A model generated the notes under the pieces. That model ran no database searches, was not told the DNA's origin, and was given only the letters and a program-made list of their open reading frames with translations. A stretch of DNA of 64,000 bases, taken from assembly GCA_965228895.1 (NCBI GenBank), contig OZ245842.1, positions 1,536,001 to 1,600,000 on the forward strand. Direction: 5' to 3'. The DNA is from Alphaproteobacteria bacterium. GTDB lineage: Bacteria > Pseudomonadota > Alphaproteobacteria > SP197. The stretch's first letter is position 1. Each line of letters starts with the position of its first letter. Positions 58,112-64,000 of the stretch are shown here, one piece after another. Made by a program: the position numbers and the translations under genes.

Positions 58112-60034
58112 TCAGGCGCGGACGGGCGCCTCGCTGGCATCCTGACCCAGAGCCGTCAGGACGGTGGCCACGATATCGGACGCGTTAAGGCCGGCCTCGT
58201 CGTACATTTCGACCGGCTTGGCCTGGTCGATGAACTTGGGCGGCAGCATCATCGGGCGAACCTTGAGCCCCGAATCCAACAAGCCGTCATGAGCCATGAA
58301 GTTGAAGACGTGAGCGGCAAAACCGCCAACCGAGCCTTCTTCGATCGTGACCAGCACCTCGTGCTCGCGCGCCAGCCGCCGCACGAGATCCTCATCCAGT
58401 GGCGTGCAGAAGCGCGCATCGGCGACCGTGGTCGACAGGCCCCGGGCGGCAAGAACATCGGCGGCCTTGTTGCATTCGGCCAGGCGCGCGCCGAATGACA
58501 GCAGGGCGACGGCACTGCCTTCGCGCATGATCCGGCCCTTGCCCAGGTCCAGCACCGTGCCGCGGTCGGGCAGGTCGACGCCGATGCCTTCGCCGCGCGG
58601 ATAGCGGAACGCCGATGGCCGGTCGTCGATCGCCGCGGCGGTCGCGACCATGTGCATGAGGTCCGCCTCGTCGGCGGCCGCCATCACAACGAATCCCGGC
58701 AGAGTAGCGAGATAGGCGACATCGAAGGCGCCGGCATGGGTCGGGCCGTCGGCACCGACGAGGCCAGCGCGGTCGATCGCGAAACGCACGGGCAGGCTCT
58801 GAATCGCAACGTCATGCACAACCTGGTCATAGGCGCGTTGCAGGAATGTCGAATAGATCGTCGCGAACGGTTTGAACCCTTCGCACGCCAAGCCGGCGGC
58901 AAAGGTGACGCCATGCTGTTCGGCGATGCCGACATCAAACGAGCGGTCGGGGAAACGTTCGGCGAACTTGTCGATGCCGGTGCCCGACGGCATCGCAGCG
59001 GTAATCGCGCAAATCCGGTCGTCGGCTTCGGCCTCGGCGATCAATCCCTTGGCGAACACGGACGTGTAGCTCGGCGCCTTCGGTTTGGCCTTCGCCTGGG
59101 CTCCGGTGATGACATCGAACTGGGAGACGCCGTGGTAGCGATCGGCGGATTTCTCCGCGGGTTCGTAACCTTTGCCCTTGTGCGTGACACAGTGGACGAG
59201 CACCGGCCCGTTCTCACGTGTATCGCGCAGGTTTTTCAGGATCGGCAACAGGTGATCGAGGTTATGGCCGTCGATCGGGCCGATGTAATAGAAGCCGAGT
59301 TCTTCGAACAACGTGCCGCCAGTGGCGATACCGCGGGCGTACTCCTCGAAGCGTTTGGCCGCGACTTCCAGAGAGCGCGGAAAACGTGCGGCCAAGCCCT
59401 TGGCCATGCTGCGCGCCGAGCGGTAGGTGCCCGAGGAGAGCGCGCGCGCCAGATAGGCGCTCATGGCGCCGACGGGCGGCGCGATCGACATATCGTTGTC
59501 GTTCAAGATGACGATCAGGCGGGTGTCGCGGGCGCCGGCATTGTTCATGGCCTCATAAGCCATGCCCGCCGACATCGCGCCGTCGCCGATGACGCAGATG
59601 ACGTCGCGCTCCTCGCCCTTCAGTTCGCTGGCGACCGCCATGCCCAGGCCGGACGAAATCGACGTCGAGCTGTGCGCGGCGCCAAACGGGTCGTATTCGC
59701 TTTCGGCCCGTTTGGTGAAACCCGACAGCCCATCCTTTTGACGCAACGTACGGATTCGGTCGCGCCGGCCAGTCAGGATCTTGTGGGGATAACACTGATG
59801 GCCGACATCCCAGATCAGGCGATCATCGGGCGTGTTGAAAATGTGATGGATGGCCACCGTCAGTTCGACGACGCCCAGGCCGGCACCCAGATGTCCGCCT
59901 GTCTCGGCGACGGCGTTGATCATGTCGTGGCGTACTTCGTCGGCCAGCTGGCGCAATTCCTGCGGTGTCATATCGCGGATGTCGACTGGCCAAGTGACGC
60001 CGTCGAGGAGGGGAGTCTCGTTGGAGATCGTCAA
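58112..60034 (-). CDS. dxs: 1-deoxy-D-xylulose-5-phosphate synthase
   Basis: [34 protein letters not shown]. Confidence 0.97.
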   Translation of the reverse strand: MTISNETPLLDGVTWPVDIRDMTPQELRQLADEVRHDMINAVAETGGHLGAGLGVVELTVAIHHIFNTPDDRLIWDVGHQCYPHKILTGRRDRIRTLRQKDGLSGFTKRAESEYDPFGAAHSSTSISSGLGMAVASELKGEERDVICVIGDGAMSAGMAYEAMNNAGARDTRLIVILNDNDMSIAPPVGAMSAYLARALSSGTYRSARSMAKGLAARFPRSLEVAAKRFEEYARGIATGGTLFEELGFYYIGPIDGHNLDHLLPILKNLRDTRENGPVLVHCVTHKGKGYEPAEKSADRYHGVSQFDVITGAQAKAKPKAPSYTSVFAKGLIAEAEADDRICAITAAMPSGTGIDKFAERFPDRSFDVGIAEQHGVTFAAGLACEGFKPFATIYSTFLQRAYDQVVHDVAIQSLPVRFAIDRAGLVGADGPTHAGAFDVAYLATLPGFVVMAAADEADLMHMVATAAAIDDRPSAFRYPRGEGIGVDLPDRGTVLDLGKGRIMREGSAVALLSFGARLAECNKAADVLAARGLSTTVADARFCTPLDEDLVRRLAREHEVLVTIEEGSVGGFAAHVFNFMAHDGLLDSGLKVRPMMLPPKFIDQAKPVEMYDEAGLNASDIVATVLTALGQDASEAPVRA

Positions 60035-60078
60035 TCCACCATCCCTATGTCTGTCGCTGTGCTGCCATGCTGCGGTCT

Positions 60079-60990
60079 TCAGGTGCGACGGTTCACGACA
60101 AAGCGGGCGACGTCGCGCAGCGTTTCGGCAGGTTGACCGAATCCGTCAAGACTTTCAATGGCCCGCAGGGCAAGTTGTTCAGCGCGTTTTCGCGCGGATT
60201 CCGGTCCTGCCACAGCCACCATGGTCGCCTTGCCGGCGGCCGCATCCTTGCCAACCGTCTTGCCCATTTCCGCCTGGTCGCCTTCTGCATCCAGCAGATC
60301 GTCGATGATCTGAAACGCAAAACCCACATCTCTGCCATAGGCCTTGATCGCGGTGCGCTCCCTGTCGCTTGCCTCGCCGAGAATAGCGCCGCTTTCGGCC
60401 GAAAATGTGATCAATGCGCCTGTTTTGAGGGCCTGAAGGTGCTCAATTGTGGCGACGTCGACGTTTCTGTGCTCGACCGCCAGGTCGATCATTTGGCCCG
60501 CCACCATGCCGTGCGCGCCCGCGGCACCGGACAGACCGCGCACCAGGTCAATGCGCACGGCGGGGCTGTCATGGGTCGCGGGGTCGGCCAGAACGTCGAA
60601 CGCCAGGGTCAGCAGGGCGTCACCTGCCAGGATTGCCGTGGCCTCGTCGAACGCCACATGACAGGTCGGCTGGCCGCGCCTCAAGTCGTCATCATCCATA
60701 GCCGGCAGATCATCGTGGACCAGGGAGTAACAGTGCAGCATTTCGACCGCGCCGGCGACGCGCAGCGCCCGTTCCTCGGCCGCGCCGAACAGATCGCTTA
60801 CCGCGAGCGACAGATAGGGACGCAGACGTTTCCCACCATTCAACGTCGCGTAGCGCATCGCGTCGAAAAGCGGTTTGTCCAGGCCGCGGCTGCTCGGCAA
60901 CAGCTCGTCAAGAACTGATTCAACCCGATGTGCCGTCGCGGCTAGGTTTGCCACCAGACTTTCGGGAGCTTGTGCAGGTGCTACGCTCAT
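60079..60990 (-). CDS. ispA: Farnesyl-diphosphate synthase (polyprenyl synthetase)
   Basis: [25 protein letters not shown]. Confidence 0.93.
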   Translation of the reverse strand: MSVAPAQAPESLVANLAATAHRVESVLDELLPSSRGLDKPLFDAMRYATLNGGKRLRPYLSLAVSDLFGAAEERALRVAGAVEMLHCYSLVHDDLPAMDDDDLRRGQPTCHVAFDEATAILAGDALLTLAFDVLADPATHDSPAVRIDLVRGLSGAAGAHGMVAGQMIDLAVEHRNVDVATIEHLQALKTGALITFSAESGAILGEASDRERTAIKAYGRDVGFAFQIIDDLLDAEGDQAEMGKTVGKDAAAGKATMVAVAGPESARKRAEQLALRAIESLDGFGQPAETLRDVARFVVNRRT

Positions 60991-61238
60991 GCGATCTCGG
61001 TCGCCTCGGCGCTCACGCTGCCGTCGGCCGCCAGCTTGATCTTTTCGACCTTGTCCTGCGCCTCGCGCAGCTTGGTTTCGCAATGCAGCTTCAAGGCCGC
61101 GCCTCGCTCGTAAGACGTGATGGCGTCGTCGAGCTTGCTGTCGCCGCTCTCCAACCCTTCGACGATCGTTTCCAGTTCGGCCAGAGCCTGTTCGAAGCTC
61201 ATGGCTTTGATGTCGTCATTCGTCTCTTTTTTCGCCAT
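60987..61238 (-). CDS. xseB: Exodeoxyribonuclease VII small subunit
   Basis: SFEQALAELETIV, YERG; xseB-ispA-dxs synteny. Confidence 0.93.
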   Translation of the reverse strand: MAKKETNDDIKAMSFEQALAELETIVEGLESGDSKLDDAITSYERGAALKLHCETKLREAQDKVEKIKLAADGSVSAEATEIA

Positions 61239-61249
61239 TTCCCCGTTCC

Positions 61250-62182
61250 TTACGTCGCGGCCATCAATCGGATCACATGTGTCGCGACGCTGGCGGCAAG
61301 TGCATCCAGGTCATAGCCGCCTTCCAGCGATGATACCAACCGTCCATGGGCGTGCAGGTCGGCCATCGCGATCAGTTGGTCGGTCGCCCAGGCGAAGTCT
61401 TCTTCTACCAGATTGAGGTTGGCAAGCGGATCGCGCTGATGGGCGTCGAAGCCGGCGGATATCAAAATGATCTCCGGCTTGAAAGCGTCTAGCGCCGGCA
61501 GAATGCGGTTTTCCATAGCGGCGCGGAACGCTTCCCCGCCTGTGCCGGCGGCCAGCGGTGCGTTGACGATGTTGTTGTAGGCGCCCGTCTCATCGGCTGC
61601 GCCGGTACCAGGATAGTGCGGATACTGATGGGTCGATCCATAAAACAGGCCCTCGCGGCCCCAAAACAGCGCCTGGGTGCCGTTGCCGTGATGGACGTCA
61701 AAGTCGATGACGGCGGCGCGCGCCAGGCCGTGGGCCTGACGTGCGTGCTCCGCCGCGATCGCGACCGAGTTGAACAGGCAGAAACCCATGGCCTGGCCGG
61801 CTTCGGCGTGGTGCCCAGGTGGGCGAACAGCGCAGAACGCATTCTTTGCCTTGCCGTCGATCACCGCGTCGACGGCGGCGCACACGGCACCGGTCGCACG
61901 CAGAGCAGCCTCACCGGAACCCGGTGACATCACGGTGTCGGGGTCCAGATGGATCAAGCCCTGATTGGGTTCCGATGACAAGACACGGTCAACCTGCGCA
62001 CGTGGATGCATCAACATCACCAACGCGTCGTCGGCCCGGGGCGCATCGATCCGTATCAGATCGTCGAAAAGGTTCTGGGCCAGCGCGTGCTGGATAGCCT
62101 CCAGCCGTTGCGGGCATTCAGGGTGATGTGGCCCGGTCTTGTGATCCAGAAAAGATGGATGGACGTAAAGCTGTGTTGTCAT
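61250..62182 (-). CDS. Histone deacetylase-family amidohydrolase
   Basis: HPECPQRL, RPPGHHA, DFDVHHGNGTQ, SAGFDAH, LEGGY. Confidence 0.92.
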   Translation of the reverse strand: MTTQLYVHPSFLDHKTGPHHPECPQRLEAIQHALAQNLFDDLIRIDAPRADDALVMLMHPRAQVDRVLSSEPNQGLIHLDPDTVMSPGSGEAALRATGAVCAAVDAVIDGKAKNAFCAVRPPGHHAEAGQAMGFCLFNSVAIAAEHARQAHGLARAAVIDFDVHHGNGTQALFWGREGLFYGSTHQYPHYPGTGAADETGAYNNIVNAPLAAGTGGEAFRAAMENRILPALDAFKPEIILISAGFDAHQRDPLANLNLVEEDFAWATDQLIAMADLHAHGRLVSSLEGGYDLDALAASVATHVIRLMAAT

Positions 62183-62310
62183 TGATTTTTTCGCCTATAT
62201 GGCGTACCAGATCCGCGCGTTGCCCTTCACCCAGGCGTGATCACAATGCGCCGACCTCGTTGCTTGCCGAACGTGACCCCTATGAACCCGGATAGTACAC
62301 TCCCGCTCCC

Positions 62311-63402
62311 ATGATTCCACGGATTCTCTTAGGCCTTGTCGCCGTGCTCGGCATCGGTTCGTCCGCCTTGGCGCAGGACGACGCCGTGCTTGTGGGTGTC
62401 GACGAAGTCATCGTGGAGCAGGTGAACGAGACGGCCAATGTTATCGGCCGGTTTGTGTCGCGCCAGTCCGGTTCCGTTGCGACCGAGGTCGAGGGATCGG
62501 TCGAGAGCGTCTTCGTCGAGGTTGGCGACCGCGTTGTCGCCGGTGATAAACTCGTGCAGATCAGTTCGGATCGCATGGAACTGCGCCGCGATCTCCTGGC
62601 GGCCGAAGTCGAGCAGGCGCGCGCGCAATTGGCCGCGGCAGAAGCCGATCTCTCCCTTCAGCGTCAGGCATTGGCGCGGTTTGAGGATCTCTCTGAGTCC
62701 GCCGCCTATTCACAAGCCCGCCATGACGACCAGATACAGGAAGTCGCCATGACCTTGGCTCAGGTCTCGGTCGCCAACGCGTCGCTGATCCGTGCCGAGG
62801 CAAACCTGGCATTGGCGCAGGATGAAGTCGACAATGCGGTGATTCGCGCTCCGTATGACGGTGTCATCGTACTGCGCCATACCGAGGTCGGGTCCTATGT
62901 CGATGTTGGCAGTGCCATCGTTGACATGGTGAATGACGGCACGATCGAGATCGAAGCCGACGTACCCTATGACGCAATTGGCGGCCTGATACCGGGTGTC
63001 ACCGTCAGCGTCGACTATGTCGGTGACAGCGGTGAACCGCAACAGGCCCAGGTGCGCGCCGTTGGTGTTGCCGAAAATGCCCAGGCGCGAACCCGGCCGG
63101 TCCGCTTCTCGCCAAGCTGGCAGGTGCTGCCGGGCACGGTTGCCGACGGTCAGACCGTCCTGGTCGAGATCCCGGTCGGTGAGTTGCGTGATGCCGTCAC
63201 CGTGCACAAGGATGCGATCAACCGGAGCGCGGCCGGCGCGACGGTCTTTGTCGTCGTTGATGGCGCAGCTCAGCCCCGCCCGGTGTTTTTGGGCTCGGCG
63301 GTCGGTGTGCGTTTCATCGTGCTGAGTGGCCTTGAACCCGGCGAACTCGTCGTCGTGCGCGGTAACGAGAGACTGTTTCCCGGACAGGCGGTAGCCTTTT
63401 AG
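62311..63402 (+). CDS. RND efflux periplasmic adaptor
   Basis: VEVGDRVVAG, IRAPYDG, SGLEPGELVVVRG. Confidence 0.88.
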   Translation: MIPRILLGLVAVLGIGSSALAQDDAVLVGVDEVIVEQVNETANVIGRFVSRQSGSVATEVEGSVESVFVEVGDRVVAGDKLVQISSDRMELRRDLLAAEVEQARAQLAAAEADLSLQRQALARFEDLSESAAYSQARHDDQIQEVAMTLAQVSVANASLIRAEANLALAQDEVDNAVIRAPYDGVIVLRHTEVGSYVDVGSAIVDMVNDGTIEIEADVPYDAIGGLIPGVTVSVDYVGDSGEPQQAQVRAVGVAENAQARTRPVRFSPSWQVLPGTVADGQTVLVEIPVGELRDAVTVHKDAINRSAAGATVFVVVDGAAQPRPVFLGSAVGVRFIVLSGLEPGELVVVRGNERLFPGQAVAF

Positions 63403-63404
63403 CC

Positions 63405-64000
63405 ATGAATCTGATTCGTCTGGCCATCGAACGACCCATCGCCGTTGTGGCGGCGGTCTTGATGGTCATCATGTTCGGTCTGCTGGCGCTGCAGACGATC
63501 CCGATTCAGCTGACGCCGGATGTCCGCCGGCCGGTGATCACGATCACGACCTATTGGGCCGGTGCTGCGCCGGCCGAGGTCGAACGTGAAATCATCATCC
63601 GCCAGGAGGAAGTGCTGACCGGCATTACCGGTCTGGAAGAAATGCTGTCGCAAGCCCAGTTTGGTCAGGGCGAGATCACGATGGAATTCGCCATCGGCCA
63701 GAACATGGACCGAGCGCTGCTCCTGGTCTCGAACCGTCTCAACCGGGTCGAAGGCTACCCCGAAGAAGCCGACGAGCCGACCTTGGATACGGCGAGTGCC
63801 GAGGACAAGGCGATCGCCTGGTTCACCATCGTCCGCACGCCCGACAATGAACGGGACATGCACGAATACGGCGACTTCTTTGAGGATGTCGTCAAGGAAC
63901 GCATGGAACGGGTCGCCGGCGTCTCGCGCGTCAATATGTATGGCGGCAGTGAGCGCGAGATCCGCGTCACCATCGTGCCGGAGAATCTGGCGCGCTACCG
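63405..64000 (+). CDS. RND efflux permease (AcrB family), 3'-truncated by window edge
   Basis: MNLIRLAIERPIAV..., IPIQLTPDV, GAAPAEVEREI; frame open to the window end. Confidence 0.88.
   Translation, partial: MNLIRLAIERPIAVVAAVLMVIMFGLLALQTIPIQLTPDVRRPVITITTYWAGAAPAEVEREIIIRQEEVLTGITGLEEMLSQAQFGQGEITMEFAIGQNMDRALLLVSNRLNRVEGYPEEADEPTLDTASAEDKAIAWFTIVRTPDNERDMHEYGDFFEDVVKERMERVAGVSRVNMYGGSEREIRVTIVPENLARY

Noticed and set aside
58652-60136. 494-aa + strand ORF
   Set aside because: Antisense to dxs with no domain signal; the same applies to the many other shadow ORFs in the track
1-64000. Prophage, IS, integron, tRNA or rRNA
   Set aside because: No integrase, transposase or phage structural motifs and no recognisable tRNA/rRNA sequence were seen by eye

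Overview
A GC-rich, gene-dense chromosomal segment whose gene content suggests a free-living alphaproteobacterium (Rhodospirillales-like; inference). It has about 60 CDS and no rRNA, tRNA, CRISPR array, integrase or transposase that I can see. Housekeeping blocks (xseB-ispA-dxs-tlyA, fabI-aroC, pdxH, cbpA-cbpM, cls, dsbE-tlpA-ccdA) are interspersed with transport and catabolic genes. Main points: (1) A split amine/imidazole-catabolism-like regulon: HinK-like LysR, HpaB-family monooxygenase, RidA and DUF1028, plus a second HpaB paralogue next to a flavin reductase fused to a LysR effector domain; both monooxygenase promoters share a 40-bp motif. (2) A B12-dependent 2-methyleneglutarate-mutase-like gene in a co-oriented run with a variant crotonyl-CoA carboxylase/reductase and an acyl-CoA dehydrogenase. 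(3) A c-di-GMP-I riboswitch upstream of a small unassigned membrane protein. (4) Three dispersed hairpin repeats of 63-71 bp with compensatory stem changes and an invariant 15-nt loop. (5) A probable ATA start codon. Family assignments rest on motif recognition and my recall of reference proteins; no database searches were run.
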